Origin: Escherichia phage JH2
Length of the DNA stretch: 64,000 nucleotides
Reading direction: 5' to 3' (one strand)
Sequence record: KF055347
Shown here: positions 1 through 10,379 of the stretch, one piece after another
How the letters are laid out: each line of letters begins with the position of its first letter
Numbering within the stretch: position 1 is the stretch's first letter
Program-made: the position numbers and the translations under genes
Notes under the pieces: generated by a model
Seen by the model: only the letters and a program-made list of their open reading frames with translations
Database searches by the model: none
What the model was told of the DNA's origin: nothing

Positions 1-240
1 GCTCTTAGCAACTTGGGTATCTGCTTCCCACTGCCACTTAAGAATCTCAAGCATTACACCTGACATTGATGCTGGTACACTCTCAAAATCAAGACGTGAT
101 TGTTCAAAAGGGAACTCATCTTCTGACCAGTCTTGTGCTTTTTGTTGTTTATATAGTTCAAAGATTTTTGGGTAGTGTTTATTAAGTGAGTCAAACGTCT
201 TTCTCTCACCACCTAAAAAGATTGGGTGTTGGTTAATCAT
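1..240 (-). CDS. nrdB: ribonucleotide reductase small subunit NrdB, N-terminal part (gene continues beyond window start)
   Basis: Reverse-complement translation from ATG at 240 gives MINQHPIFLGGERKTFDSLNKHYPKIFELYKQQKAQDWSEDEFPF..., matching the N-terminal pattern of class Ia NrdB (E. coli / T4) from memory; start overlaps the upstream stop as ATGA. Confidence 0.7.
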   Translation of the reverse strand, partial: MINQHPIFLGGERKTFDSLNKHYPKIFELYKQQKAQDWSEDEFPFEQSRLDFESVPASMSGVMLEILKWQWEADTQVAKS

Positions 241-494
241 AGTGTGATTTCTCCTTTCTTTATCATCTCTAAGGCTTGTTTTCTGTCTAAAACTTCCCAA
301 TTTTCTTTGTTAAACATCTCATAAGGTCTTGCGTAGATTTTACCATCTGCTGTAGAGATGTAAGAGATACCAGCAACCCATGAGTCATCCTTTTGTTTTA
401 TCATCATATCTGTGCTACTCACATAGTACAGCGTTTTCCGAGGTTTATGGAGCAAATATATGGGCCACTCGTGATTTGCTATTAAGTCTTTCAT
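237..494 (-). CDS. hypothetical small protein between nrdA and nrdB
   Basis: ORF trimmed to internal Met (MKDLIANHEW...) preceded by GGAGAAACT; the longer 237..578 version would overlap nrdA. Confidence 0.45.
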   Translation of the reverse strand: MKDLIANHEWPIYLLHKPRKTLYYVSSTDMMIKQKDDSWVAGISYISTADGKIYARPYEMFNKENWEVLDRKQALEMIKKGEITL

Positions 495-549
495 AGTTTC
501 TCCAAAGTTAATTTTAGAGGGTCTTTTACGACCCTCATAGTTATTAAAA

Positions 550-2784
550 CTAAACACCACAACCCTCGCAATAAGCATCTTGCAGTGCAGATTTACCTAC
601 ACCAATGCGACTGTTAAGGTAGTACATGGTTTTCATACCTACTGAGTTGGCATAAATCATGTACTTCAAAGCTTGAGCCAATGATACCTTCTTAGACTTT
701 GCATAGTCAACATAGAAATCTGAAGAGATAGCTTGACCAGTGAACTTTTGAACAATTGCATAACAATCAATCAGGTCAAAGGTGTCAATATCCCAAGCAA
801 TTTCATAGACATACTTCAACTCTTCGTAATCTGGAACAATAAACAGTACGTTACCAGTTGCAGACTTTTTAGTTAAAATAAAGTCACGAATTGGGTACAA
901 ACCATTTGTTGTATTAGTTGCCAGTGAAGAACTCTCATTAGGCATGTAAGCTTCTAATACAGAGTTACGGATTCCACCATTTTCTTTAATACGTTGTGCT
1001 AAGTCATCCCAATCATAACGAAGTTTTGCATCATGCTTCTCATCAATCTTCCTGTTAGCTGTTTTCGGAGGAACCCAACCTTCAGGATACTTAGTGAACT
1101 GCATATACTCAGGTACACCACGTTCTTTAGCAAGTCTTAAAGAAGCTTCGTGTAAGTAGTAAGAGTGCATTTCAGCAAGCTCATGAAGCTTCGTCTTACC
1201 TGCTCTTGAAGAGTAGTTCACGTAGTTTTTCGCAAGGTAATGAGCCACATTTGTAAGGCCAATCCCAACAGAACGACGCTTCTGAACATGGTTGCGCATC
1301 GACGGATACGGATAATCCATAAGGTCGATAACGGAGTCAACCATTGCAAGAGCATAATAAGCAACGTCAGCGTATTCATCTTCTGAAATTCTCCCTGCAA
1401 CCAAACTAGCTAGGAAGCAAAGGGCTACCTCACCATCCTCTTTCACAGCATCATCTCTGTAAAGGTCTGTCTCTTTCTCAAAGCCGTACACTGGCAACAC
1501 AATTTCCATACAAAGATTTGACATCTTCAAAGGTTCTTTAAATGGTGTATGTGTGTTTGCATTATTCGTGAAGAATGGATACACACGACCTGTTGCATAA
1601 CGCTGCTGGATAAACAGTTTAGCAATTTCACGAGCCTTCACCCGTCTGTGCTTAACACCTGAATGTACTGCATGACCAACTGCCATAGCAAACTCATCAG
1701 CAGATGCTGTGTAGAACATGTCATAGAGTTTTGGCGCATCCTTGTAAGAGAATAGCAACCAGTCTGTATCATATTGAACACACTGCCAGAAATAATCATT
1801 TGTACCAAATGAGTAGTCCATCTCGTTAATACGTTTTGAAGGAACCGTTGTAGGGTGCTTCAAACGTAGTAAATCTTCAATCTGCGGGTCTAGAGCAGTG
1901 TAGAAGTTGTTAGCTGAACCACCACGACTCTTCTGTTTGTTTGCCTCTACAGATGAACGTACAAGCTTGTAATAAGGTAGTTTACCCATGTGCTCAATAG
2001 TATTTTGACGAATACCATCACCAATAGTGCGAGTCTCCATCAACATACCAATACCAGCTTGCTTTGTAGTCATATCATAAGCAACCTTTGCAGCAATACC
2101 TAGAGATTCAGCAGTATCATTTGCCTTAATCAAACAGCATGACGCATAACCTGATTTAGTAGCTCTTAAACCATTCAGATAAGGCGTAGGAGCGTTAATC
2201 TTCAGGTCAGATAGGTAAGTGTACAGCTTGATAACATCTTGCAGTCTACGGTGCTTTGGTTGCTTCTCGAAGGCTTTCATAGCCATACCCATAAACATAA
2301 ACTGCGGTGACTCAAAAAGTCTTCCCGTTTTAATATCACGGATACCATACTTGTCTCTGAACTGTTTCAGGACTGCATAGCCGTAAGAGATATCTTTTGA
2401 GTGTACGATGTAACCTTGCAGATATTCAAGTTCTTCCTGTGAATAATCCATCTTCTCCCAAAGTCCTGCTCTCTCCATATTTTTAACGAAGGTAACCAGC
2501 GTAGGAACCTTAGTAAATCCTCCAAAGGCTTCTTTGTAGATAATACCCAGAAGTAGCCGTCCAGCCATGTCTGAGTACTCTTGAGTTTGTTTATCAACAC
2601 AAACATCAATCATGGCTTGGTGCATCTCTTTTGTGGTACAACCCTCATAGACACGTTTCATAGCTTCCATAGTGACTTCTGACCAGATAATTCCACGCTT
2701 ATCTGCCCATGATGCCCACTTATTCAGTCTTTCTGGGTCAAAGCTTACTACTGTACCGTTTGATTTTTTAATTGTCTTAATCAT
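550..2784 (-). CDS. nrdA: ribonucleotide reductase large subunit NrdA (class Ia)
   Basis: 744 aa ORF with C-terminal CEGCGV redox tail; length and layout typical of NrdA; terminator hairpin upstream at 2801-2824. Confidence 0.88.
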   Translation of the reverse strand: MIKTIKKSNGTVVSFDPERLNKWASWADKRGIIWSEVTMEAMKRVYEGCTTKEMHQAMIDVCVDKQTQEYSDMAGRLLLGIIYKEAFGGFTKVPTLVTFVKNMERAGLWEKMDYSQEELEYLQGYIVHSKDISYGYAVLKQFRDKYGIRDIKTGRLFESPQFMFMGMAMKAFEKQPKHRRLQDVIKLYTYLSDLKINAPTPYLNGLRATKSGYASCCLIKANDTAESLGIAAKVAYDMTTKQAGIGMLMETRTIGDGIRQNTIEHMGKLPYYKLVRSSVEANKQKSRGGSANNFYTALDPQIEDLLRLKHPTTVPSKRINEMDYSFGTNDYFWQCVQYDTDWLLFSYKDAPKLYDMFYTASADEFAMAVGHAVHSGVKHRRVKAREIAKLFIQQRYATGRVYPFFTNNANTHTPFKEPLKMSNLCMEIVLPVYGFEKETDLYRDDAVKEDGEVALCFLASLVAGRISEDEYADVAYYALAMVDSVIDLMDYPYPSMRNHVQKRRSVGIGLTNVAHYLAKNYVNYSSRAGKTKLHELAEMHSYYLHEASLRLAKERGVPEYMQFTKYPEGWVPPKTANRKIDEKHDAKLRYDWDDLAQRIKENGGIRNSVLEAYMPNESSSLATNTTNGLYPIRDFILTKKSATGNVLFIVPDYEELKYVYEIAWDIDTFDLIDCYAIVQKFTGQAISSDFYVDYAKSKKVSLAQALKYMIYANSVGMKTMYYLNSRIGVGKSALQDAYCEGCGV

Positions 2785-2830
2785 TTTTGAATCCTACAGG
2801 TGAAAAGAGCCTCCGAAGAGGCTCCGTAGT

Positions 2831-3169
2831 TTAAATCTTGAAAATTTGCTCGTTCTGCCACATATCGTAAAACTTATCACTTACCTTTATGACTGATGAA
2901 GTGTGCATACAATTCAGGGAGAACCATGATGGTGTATTATCATCCATAAGTGTTTCAAGTTTTTGTGTAACGTCCACATCCATGTCTGCAACAACGTAAT
3001 TGCCTCGCATCTTGCAAACAATTCTTCCAAACAAGATTGCACTTCTGCCTCTTCGGTCATCACAGTACATAACTGTGTCACCGTGCTTAACATCTTGTCC
3101 GATACTATCAACACCTAATTTAGCACCTGAGATAATGTCATCATAAGATAGCTTTTTTGCTTTAGACAC
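2831..3169 (-). CDS. hypothetical protein
   Basis: 112 aa ORF, GTG start after GGAGAAA; same strand and tight spacing with neighbours. Confidence 0.45.
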   Translation of the reverse strand: MSKAKKLSYDDIISGAKLGVDSIGQDVKHGDTVMYCDDRRGRSAILFGRIVCKMRGNYVVADMDVDVTQKLETLMDDNTPSWFSLNCMHTSSVIKVSDKFYDMWQNEQIFKI

Positions 3170-3485
3170 GGTATTTCTCCAAGTTTCTTTTTAGATATAA
3201 CCAACCATAGTCAGTTCTTTCTACACCCATGAATAGTGGAGCCATCACAACTTTACCGAAAGTATTCCTGTGTTGGCAGATTTCAAAGGAATACTCTTTC
3301 TCGATATCAATCCCGTATTTGTACAGAACTGCTTTTAAAACTTGTTCATTATCCAGAAGTGTATCTGGAGTCTCACCATACTTCTCAAGTAACGGGTCAT
3401 ACATAAACACCGTCATAGAGATATTGTAGTTTGAGAAGTGGCTCTTCTGAGCCACAACCTCTTTATTAATGCTCTGTGAATCCAT
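3162..3485 (-). CDS. hypothetical protein
   Basis: ORF trimmed to ATG (MDSQS...) after AAGGGG. Confidence 0.45.
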   Translation of the reverse strand: MDSQSINKEVVAQKSHFSNYNISMTVFMYDPLLEKYGETPDTLLDNEQVLKAVLYKYGIDIEKEYSFEICQHRNTFGKVVMAPLFMGVERTDYGWLYLKRNLEKYRV

Positions 3486-4221
3486 TATAACCAACCCCTT
3501 TTAACCAGCACTTCAGGTTATTAGCATCATAATTCAGTTTCGGGTATGAGGTTACATGGAACTGCTCACCATCATAGTAGACAATATCTGCAATCCATAG
3601 TCCATTCTCTTTACAGAAATCTTTATCTGCTTTAGAGGTAATTGGATTAACTTCTACAAAACCATCTACACCCAAATCCTTTAAGCTACCTACAATACCT
3701 TTGCAGATAACGCATGTCTCAGATACTACCACAAAAAGTTCTTGGCTTTCAAGCTCTACAATGTATTCACCAAGCTGTACTTTAGGGAGATTTGACTGCT
3801 TCATAATCTTCCCATCGGCTGCACGAACAATTGCATACCATTCTTTACCATCAACTACTGACATTCTGATAACACACTCTTGACCAGTACGCTTCTCAAT
3901 ATCTGCAAGACGTTTCAAAGCTTCTTCATAGTCGTCTGTGTACTTCAGGTCATTATTATGGCAAACAGCTTTCATAGCACCGTTATGGTCATGTTGTGAC
4001 AGATAAATCAGACCATCAAGAACATATTGCAAATCTGCCTGAGCATCCAGTGTCTCAATGGGGTCTTTCTCTTCAATTGCTTTTACAAGCTCTTTTGCTT
4101 CTTCAAGCATACACAGGGACTGGGATTTTAAAGATTCCCAATACTCATCACTGTAAGGTTGCTTTTGAGTGTTTCCACAACGAAGATTCCAGTTTTTTAC
4201 TGCTTCTCTTGAGTTAAACAT
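3466..4221 (-). CDS. hypothetical protein (N-terminal region possibly MazG-like NTP pyrophosphohydrolase)
   Basis: 251 aa ORF with AAGGAG RBS; acidic helical N-terminal region EEAKELVKAIEEKDPIETLDAQADLQ resembles MazG-type motifs (weak). Confidence 0.45.
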   Translation of the reverse strand: MFNSREAVKNWNLRCGNTQKQPYSDEYWESLKSQSLCMLEEAKELVKAIEEKDPIETLDAQADLQYVLDGLIYLSQHDHNGAMKAVCHNNDLKYTDDYEEALKRLADIEKRTGQECVIRMSVVDGKEWYAIVRAADGKIMKQSNLPKVQLGEYIVELESQELFVVVSETCVICKGIVGSLKDLGVDGFVEVNPITSKADKDFCKENGLWIADIVYYDGEQFHVTSYPKLNYDANNLKCWLKGVGYNGFTEH

Positions 4222-4444
4222 TTGGACTCCTTAAAAATCTGTTAACCTTTAGCTCTCGTGTTTCAATATATTCCAGATGCTCACGTAACTCTTGACGTTT
4301 GAGCATTAGGTGCTGCATTTGAGATTCAACAGCTTCAACTTCTTTAATTATTGACTCTCTGGCATTTGCAAGAATGCGCTCAAGTTCTTCAATCTTGCTG
4401 TCAACCTTTGCTACATGACTCACAGCTTTACTTTTGTTAAACAT
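4214..4444 (-). CDS. hypothetical coiled-coil protein
   Basis: ORF trimmed to ATG (MFNKSKAV...); charged, coiled-coil-like. Confidence 0.4.
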   Translation of the reverse strand: MFNKSKAVSHVAKVDSKIEELERILANARESIIKEVEAVESQMQHLMLKRQELREHLEYIETRELKVNRFLRSPNV

Positions 4445-4465
4445 TTTATTCTCTCTCAATAGTTA

Positions 4466-4963
4466 TCAAGCACAGTTTGCTTTCATTACCTTATGGATTC
4501 TTCTTTCAGCATCTTCATAAGTTTCTTTAGTGATAAACTTAATTGCTGCAATGTTGGCATTGTAGAAGAGTCTGAGCTTAGAGTCAATCCTTTTTGTCAT
4601 TACATCGAATTTATGTTGGAGGTTTGCTTCACCATAAACTAGACCACCTTTCGTGTAGTAGGTTTGGATAATGTAAAAGTCAAAAAATTCTTTTCCAAAG
4701 CTCTCAATATCTTTTTTAACATACTCAGAAGAAGTCTCATAAGTCATCCAATCACTCTCCTTAGTGACTACCTTCTTCCGAGTCTTGCCAGCAACTTTTC
4801 TTTTGGTCACGCTATTAAACTGTTTCTTTCCTATATAATATTGTCCGGTTTTCTTACAGTATACTAAATAGACAAAACCAAAATGTTTAGTGGGGTCAAC
4901 TTCCCCACATAAAGATACCCAATGACCATAGGTAGGACAATTGCCAAATCCTTTAATCTTCAT
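4466..4963 (-). CDS. putative GIY-YIG family (homing-type) endonuclease
   Basis: N-terminal FGFVYLVYCKKTGQYYIGKK fits the GIY-x10-YIG module; free-standing ORF between replication genes. Confidence 0.5.
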   Translation of the reverse strand: MKIKGFGNCPTYGHWVSLCGEVDPTKHFGFVYLVYCKKTGQYYIGKKQFNSVTKRKVAGKTRKKVVTKESDWMTYETSSEYVKKDIESFGKEFFDFYIIQTYYTKGGLVYGEANLQHKFDVMTKRIDSKLRLFYNANIAAIKFITKETYEDAERRIHKVMKANCA

Positions 4964-5993
4964 TCATACACGGCTCCCAATTATATTTCTTAAAAGAGAA
5001 ATTATCTTTTGGATTTCTCTCTTGATATGCTACCCAGAAATGCTGCTCCATTAACTCTAATGGTGTTTTTGTAACAGTCTGTCCATCCCATGATACATAG
5101 GTATAAGACTCTTTTTTAGCATAGAGTTCATATATAGCGTCAAGACACTCTTTATAGGTCTCTTTACCATCTAAAGCATTCACCACAGCTACTTTTCCAG
5201 CACCTTTAAGGCCGAAGTAGTTGTCTGCATTATCTCCAGCAACAGCCTGATAACACAAGAATTTAAAACCTACACCAACTGTTTTTGCAGCTTTTGGTTT
5301 TGATTTGATAGGACAATCCCAGATATCACCAACATTATTATCAGCGATAAAAATTAGTGGTGATTTTTCATAAGTCATATCAATACAATAGGTTCCTTCA
5401 GCTTGTCGAAGGTCTTTGTCAATACTCATAAGAGCAGCTTTCTTACCCATCTTTTCAGCTTTAGCAATTACGATGGAATCGGCTTCGAAGCCTCCCTTTA
5501 AGAGCTTGAACTCTGGTCTGGATAAAAGATATTCACGACAAGCGACTAAGTGTGTTGGTGTGACAGCATCTTTACGGTTACCTTGATATTGGTGCTCAAG
5601 ACCTTTAATGTCTTTATGTTTATGCACACCCTTCTCTGTTAAGTAACCTACCCAAGTTCTTTCTTTACCAACAACCTTAAGCCATTCCTGAAGAACCTGC
5701 TGAGTAGCCATGATAGCTTCTTTTTCACTCTTAGCTTCTTTCCAAGTCTGCCTTTCCCATTCATCTTCATCAAATGTTAGACCAAGCTCTTCCACAAAGA
5801 TTCTCTGGTCTGCTAACCATCTTGCAGCATCTTTTGCATTATCAAATGGTTCAGATTCTTCTGCTGTGAGTTTATTGACGTATTTATATTTTGCTTTCTC
5901 AACTACACAAGCACCTTTATAGGCAATACTGTCAGAGTCAATAAAGACATGTGTAACTGAATCGGGAAGTTTTGTTAGTGTATACTTCTCCAT
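4953..5993 (-). CDS. 5'-3' exonuclease / flap endonuclease (RNase H-like, T5 D15 / T4 RNase H type)
   Basis: N-terminal VFIDSDSIAYKGA (FEN metal-site I) and VAGDNADNYFGLKGAGKVA (GDxSDN + H3TH-like) motifs; GGAGAG RBS. Confidence 0.6.
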   Translation of the reverse strand: MEKYTLTKLPDSVTHVFIDSDSIAYKGACVVEKAKYKYVNKLTAEESEPFDNAKDAARWLADQRIFVEELGLTFDEDEWERQTWKEAKSEKEAIMATQQVLQEWLKVVGKERTWVGYLTEKGVHKHKDIKGLEHQYQGNRKDAVTPTHLVACREYLLSRPEFKLLKGGFEADSIVIAKAEKMGKKAALMSIDKDLRQAEGTYCIDMTYEKSPLIFIADNNVGDIWDCPIKSKPKAAKTVGVGFKFLCYQAVAGDNADNYFGLKGAGKVAVVNALDGKETYKECLDAIYELYAKKESYTYVSWDGQTVTKTPLELMEQHFWVAYQERNPKDNFSFKKYNWEPCMNED

Positions 5994-6055
5994 TGTGACT
6001 CTCCATATGAAAAAGCCCCATACTAAGTACAGGGCTTTAAAGTAACTTTTAGAGA

Positions 6056-6913
6056 TTAGTCTTCTGTATCGAAGTCTTCATCTTCTTCGTCATCTGGGTC
6101 TGGCAAGTCTTCATCGTCACCATCATCAGAATCATTAGAAGGTTTGTGGTCTTTTGCGTCTTCTTCAGTGATTTCACCGTTATCTTCAACACCATCAAGA
6201 CCAAGCATAGCCAGTTCGTCTTCATCCAGTTCAGGTTCACCGTTAGCACCGTTACCACCAGTGTAAGGTACAAGGGTATCAATGATAAACTGTTCCTGAA
6301 TAGGTTTTGTCAGAACATTGTTCTCAAAAGTGTAGAAGTGAGTAGAAAGAATCACACTACCAAAAGAACCGTTACCGACTGCAATATCTGGATGAATTAC
6401 ATCATAGTTCTTGTCATCTTCATGTTTGTCAGATGCTTGAGCTTTGATTTTCTTCATCGGCTGTTTAACAGCTACACGCTTACCATTTACTTCTTCAATC
6501 AGCATTACAGGGAATGACTGTTTAGCTGTCCACACAGCACCATCTTTATAAGCTGCTGCACGACTTACTTTCAAGATGTGGTAAGTGTCTGCTTCAAATG
6601 GTGGTTTGCAACCAAACTTCTCTTCGAAGTCATCTGCATCAACTGCTTCAGTAGTAACTTTATCCCAACCTTCTGGGTTTTTCTTAGACTTAGTAAACTC
6701 TTTAAACAGCTTGTTACCATCCTCTGCCAGAATTGAAACACTGTAGTTACAATCTTTTCCTGGGAATTTCTTATCAATGGATTTACCTTTTGCCGGACGT
6801 GGTGAAGTGTTCAGGTAATAAAACCAAACATCTTTCAGCAGGTAACGCAGAGTTTGACGTTCAGTACCATTGTACTTCTCTACCGGGGCTTTCATTTTAA
6901 CAACTTTAGACAT
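6056..6913 (-). CDS. single-stranded DNA-binding protein (T7 gp2.5-like)
   Basis: 285 aa with extremely acidic C-terminal tail ending ...DEEDEDFDTED (aromatic near terminus), as in gp2.5-type SSBs; sits next to a T7-like primase-helicase. Confidence 0.55.
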   Translation of the reverse strand: MSKVVKMKAPVEKYNGTERQTLRYLLKDVWFYYLNTSPRPAKGKSIDKKFPGKDCNYSVSILAEDGNKLFKEFTKSKKNPEGWDKVTTEAVDADDFEEKFGCKPPFEADTYHILKVSRAAAYKDGAVWTAKQSFPVMLIEEVNGKRVAVKQPMKKIKAQASDKHEDDKNYDVIHPDIAVGNGSFGSVILSTHFYTFENNVLTKPIQEQFIIDTLVPYTGGNGANGEPELDEDELAMLGLDGVEDNGEITEEDAKDHKPSNDSDDGDDEDLPDPDDEEDEDFDTED

Positions 6914-6985
6914 TATTTAAACCTCTATCTCAATTTATGAAGAGTACCAATTCTAATTTGTTGATACTCTATTGTCAAACATTAA

Positions 6986-7135
6986 TTACTGGAAGTTGTG
7001 CTTATCTTTAGAAGCTGCTTTACGTGCAGTTTTTCCAGTTCTTACACGCTTCTCTTCATAGTATTTTGCTGGTTTACCAGCAGTGGCTTTTAAGGAATCC
7101 CCAAAAACTTTTTCAAATGCTTTAGAGTGTTTCAT
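6986..7135 (-). CDS. small basic hypothetical protein (49 aa)
   Basis: Not in the ORF track (<60 aa); ATG preceded by GGAGAATATC; its start overlaps the upstream stop as ATGA. Confidence 0.3.
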   Translation of the reverse strand: MKHSKAFEKVFGDSLKATAGKPAKYYEEKRVRTGKTARKAASKDKHNFQ

Positions 7136-7413
7136 GATATTCTCCGATATACTTGATATTCAAACCCATTTTCTTTAATTATAAACAGCCAACTAATATT
7201 ATGCTGAGGCAGTGTAATGATGACTGTAATCGTGCTTTGGTAGAAATCTTCTTTTATCTCAACTTCTCCATTGCATTTCATGAGGAGCATTCTATAGAAC
7301 CTATCAACCTTTGTCAAACACTCTTCATGAAATTTATTTAAACTTTTTTCTTCAAAGAAGGGTGTGAACCCCTCTCTTTTATAACTGTCACTCAGTTTCA
7401 AATGGGCAGTCAT
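7132..7413 (-). CDS. hypothetical protein
   Basis: ORF trimmed to Met (MTAHLKLSD...) after GAGGA. Confidence 0.4.
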   Translation of the reverse strand: MTAHLKLSDSYKREGFTPFFEEKSLNKFHEECLTKVDRFYRMLLMKCNGEVEIKEDFYQSTITVIITLPQHNISWLFIIKENGFEYQVYRRIS

Positions 7414-9373
7414 CTGCATCCTCACTTAATACGGGTGGAATCGTTGAGCTTTGACGCTGTTCTTCAGTATAGACTTCACCAGTCTCACGGTCAAACACTT
7501 CATCCTCATAATGAGGTAAAGAGTCATCATAATGGTCTTCAGCTTCACCAATGCCAAACTGTTGGCGAATATTTTCTGCTGCGCCATCAATGTCAACACC
7601 ACATCCCGAAGCTTTGATGAGGCGTCCTGTGTCTGGATTGTACCAAGTATGACCAGCGATACCTGTTGACTTACCATGACGACGACACTTAGTTAACTTG
7701 ATTTTTGTCAAGTTTTTCTTAACAGGGTCTGGGTCAACCTTGTTACGCATTAACAGAATGTTATTCATAGAAATCTGGAAATACGCACCAGAACCCTTAA
7801 TATCCTCTTCAGAAATATCCCCACCTTCAGAGTTAGCTTTCTGACCACCTGCACTCTTACGAACGTGACAGACGTTCACCTGTGCATACTGGTAGCGTTT
7901 GCAACGACGCAATAGCTCAGACAAAACTTCCTCTTCATCCGTATCTGAGCGTGACAGAGCCAACGTGATAGGGTCAAGAATGATAATCTTACAGTCTAAA
8001 CTGTTAACAAGATAGTCAACAAACTCCAGCAAATTATCTTGGTCAATTGCCCCTTGATGGTCAACGATATGTATACGACGGCCTTTAGACAGTTCTGCGT
8101 GTGCTTCCTTCAATTCATCCCAATCTCGTTCATCATAAGGAATCTCAGAAATCTGCTTGCTCAGGTGAATTGCACAGAGCATCTCCATCAACTCTTCATA
8201 GGTATCTTCAACTGGAATTACACCAATATTGTAATCGGTTTCCTTCCAAGCAGTGTAAATCATTTCACGGGTATATGCTGATTTACCTACTGAAGATGGT
8301 GCTGCCAGAGTTGTAATCTCACCTAAACCATAACCACCATAAGTCAACCTGTTCAAATCCCCGAAAGATTCTGGGAAAGGAATCAATGGAATCTGACCAC
8401 GATTCTTCATTGCCTCAAAACCATCTGCGAAGTTCTTGATACCAGCAGGGCAGTAACGAGGTGCGTTGTAGATACGCTGTTTAAATCCTTCCAGAACTGT
8501 GTCTTTCTCTTTATAGAACTTTGTCCACCATTCGTTAAGGTCTTTTACGCCTTCTGGATACTGGAATAAACGAACCTTCTCAATAGGTAGTATGCCAGCC
8601 GCCTCTTTGGTAGCTTTAGCACCTGCTTCATCGTTATCAAAGCACAAGTAAATCTCATCAAATGATGTGATGTACTGATAGTTGTCTTTGATGGACTTAA
8701 TGTTTGCACCTGATGGAACAGATACGTGACAGTAATTCTTACGACGAGACTTATCTTTAATCGCCAAAGAAGTCATGTAGATAGCTGTCGCACATTCCAT
8801 CTCACCTTCCCAGATGAACAGTCGGTTCCCACCTTCTGGAGCAATCCATGAACCGAACATTGCCAGTTCACCTTTAATATCTCCAACACCACCTGAAAAG
8901 TCTTTTAACTTACCACGTAGGTGTTCTTTTGGATGGTCTTCTGGGTAACGGTGACGAACACGATAACCAACATGTTCTAGCTTGCCATCTTCATTACGCT
9001 TGTAAGTCGGATAGAAATGTGCATCAATTTCACCGTCACTATCAATATCAACCTTGATACCTAAACGTTCAAGGACTTTTGCAGGAATCTTCCTATCTTT
9101 CAAGTCCATTGCTTCTAGGTTTTCTTTTACATCGTCTAAATCCATTCCACGGAAAGTACGGTTTTTATTATCTGAACCAGTAGAATAAGTGCTCACGATT
9201 TGTCCTTTATCAAAATCCCACTCTGGGAAACCTTTGTTACAACTAAAGCAAGTCATCGAATAAGAATCATCGTCATGATGGTAGATTGAACCAGCATCTG
9301 ATGAACCACAACGTGGACATGCACAATGACCAATAAACTGACCAGCCTCTTTCAATTTACGACCTTTAGACAT
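7388..9373 (-). CDS. DNA primase-helicase (T7 gp4-like)
   Basis: N-terminal Cys4 zinc ribbon (CACPRCGSSD...CFSCNKG), TOPRIM-like middle, C-terminal DnaB-type helicase with Walker A GLGEITTLAAPSSVGKS. Confidence 0.85.
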   Translation of the reverse strand: MSKGRKLKEAGQFIGHCACPRCGSSDAGSIYHHDDDSYSMTCFSCNKGFPEWDFDKGQIVSTYSTGSDNKNRTFRGMDLDDVKENLEAMDLKDRKIPAKVLERLGIKVDIDSDGEIDAHFYPTYKRNEDGKLEHVGYRVRHRYPEDHPKEHLRGKLKDFSGGVGDIKGELAMFGSWIAPEGGNRLFIWEGEMECATAIYMTSLAIKDKSRRKNYCHVSVPSGANIKSIKDNYQYITSFDEIYLCFDNDEAGAKATKEAAGILPIEKVRLFQYPEGVKDLNEWWTKFYKEKDTVLEGFKQRIYNAPRYCPAGIKNFADGFEAMKNRGQIPLIPFPESFGDLNRLTYGGYGLGEITTLAAPSSVGKSAYTREMIYTAWKETDYNIGVIPVEDTYEELMEMLCAIHLSKQISEIPYDERDWDELKEAHAELSKGRRIHIVDHQGAIDQDNLLEFVDYLVNSLDCKIIILDPITLALSRSDTDEEEVLSELLRRCKRYQYAQVNVCHVRKSAGGQKANSEGGDISEEDIKGSGAYFQISMNNILLMRNKVDPDPVKKNLTKIKLTKCRRHGKSTGIAGHTWYNPDTGRLIKASGCGVDIDGAAENIRQQFGIGEAEDHYDDSLPHYEDEVFDRETGEVYTEEQRQSSTIPPVLSEDADDCPFETE

Positions 9374-9566
9374 TAGCACCTCTTCGTTGTAGTTCTGCCT
9401 TCAATCCGTTTTCAATCTTGTCCAGTTCATGAATTTCATCTGCAATCTCTTTCCTTCGTGATTCAACTCTCTTAAGACGTTCAATCATTACCTCATTGGA
9501 AAGAGATGAGAGTTCCACTAAACGATGGTCAATAACTTTAAAATTATCTTTTACTCTCATCTTCAT
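9366..9566 (-). CDS. hypothetical coiled-coil protein
   Basis: 66 aa ORF directly upstream of the primase-helicase gene. Confidence 0.4.
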   Translation of the reverse strand: MKMRVKDNFKVIDHRLVELSSLSNEVMIERLKRVESRRKEIADEIHELDKIENGLKAELQRRGANV

Positions 9567-9574
9567 CCTCTCTT

Positions 9575-10318
9575 TTAAATTTTCAGGATAGCTCTTAGCT
9601 TGCTTTCAAGGTCTTCAAGAGTACCATTATTCTGAATAATGTCACGCGCATATTTGGTAGAAATTCCATTTTCTGAAACATGTGATGAAACCTTGTCCAC
9701 ATTGTCTCTTTTTACTTCAATAGTCTGGTGTGCAAATCTACTCAGCCACTCAGCTTCAGAGTCAAACCTTAAGTCACTGATTAAAACAACACCTTCTTGA
9801 TTCCTAAGTGAGCAAACGTCAAAGAAATTTGCCATTCGTTTTTCTAGGTCTTTAGCCCAGAACTTGTCACCCATAACTTTACGGATAACTTCAGTACCCC
9901 AAATCTGTTGAATTTGCCTTGATGAGAATTTATACTTTTTACCAAATCCCAGACGTGTTAATAGAGTTGGTTTAGCAACCCTCTTAAGTTCCATGATTAA
10001 TCGTCCGGTTAACTCAGACATAAGCTTAAAGTCCATATGGTAACGTTCATCTCTGAAGGTGAACTCCATAGCTTCCGTAACTTTACTCATAAGTTCAGGG
10101 TATGATAAATCAAAAACCTGTGGGGTCTCTTTAGTTTCTCCGTAAAGGTCATTCCATGTCAAGTCAAATATCTTTGATGCAGATAGCTTAAGATTGTCTG
10201 CATAAGCCATTACTGCAACATTGTAGCCATACTCATCTTCTAAGATATTCTTAACAATAGAACATGAGGTGTCTTTTCCAGAACGTGCCTTTCCAGTAAA
10301 TGCAATAATACTACTCAT
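9575..10318 (-). CDS. deoxynucleoside monophosphate kinase (T5-like)
   Basis: P-loop IIAFTGKARSGKDT and C-terminal IQNNGTLEDLESKLRAILKI resemble T5 dNMP kinase; start moved to ATG after AAGGGAAATAGA. Confidence 0.7.
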   Translation of the reverse strand: MSSIIAFTGKARSGKDTSCSIVKNILEDEYGYNVAVMAYADNLKLSASKIFDLTWNDLYGETKETPQVFDLSYPELMSKVTEAMEFTFRDERYHMDFKLMSELTGRLIMELKRVAKPTLLTRLGFGKKYKFSSRQIQQIWGTEVIRKVMGDKFWAKDLEKRMANFFDVCSLRNQEGVVLISDLRFDSEAEWLSRFAHQTIEVKRDNVDKVSSHVSENGISTKYARDIIQNNGTLEDLESKLRAILKI

Positions 10319-10379
10319 TCTATTTCCCTTCATTACTAAAAAGCCCCCAACTAAGGAGGCTTGTAAGGTTTATAAAGAC

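Noticed and set aside
237-578. Long 113-aa version of the ORF between nrdA and nrdB
   Set aside because: Its first 28 codons overlap the nrdA 3' end out of frame; an internal ATG with a good RBS (GGAGAAACT) gives a non-overlapping 86-aa product.
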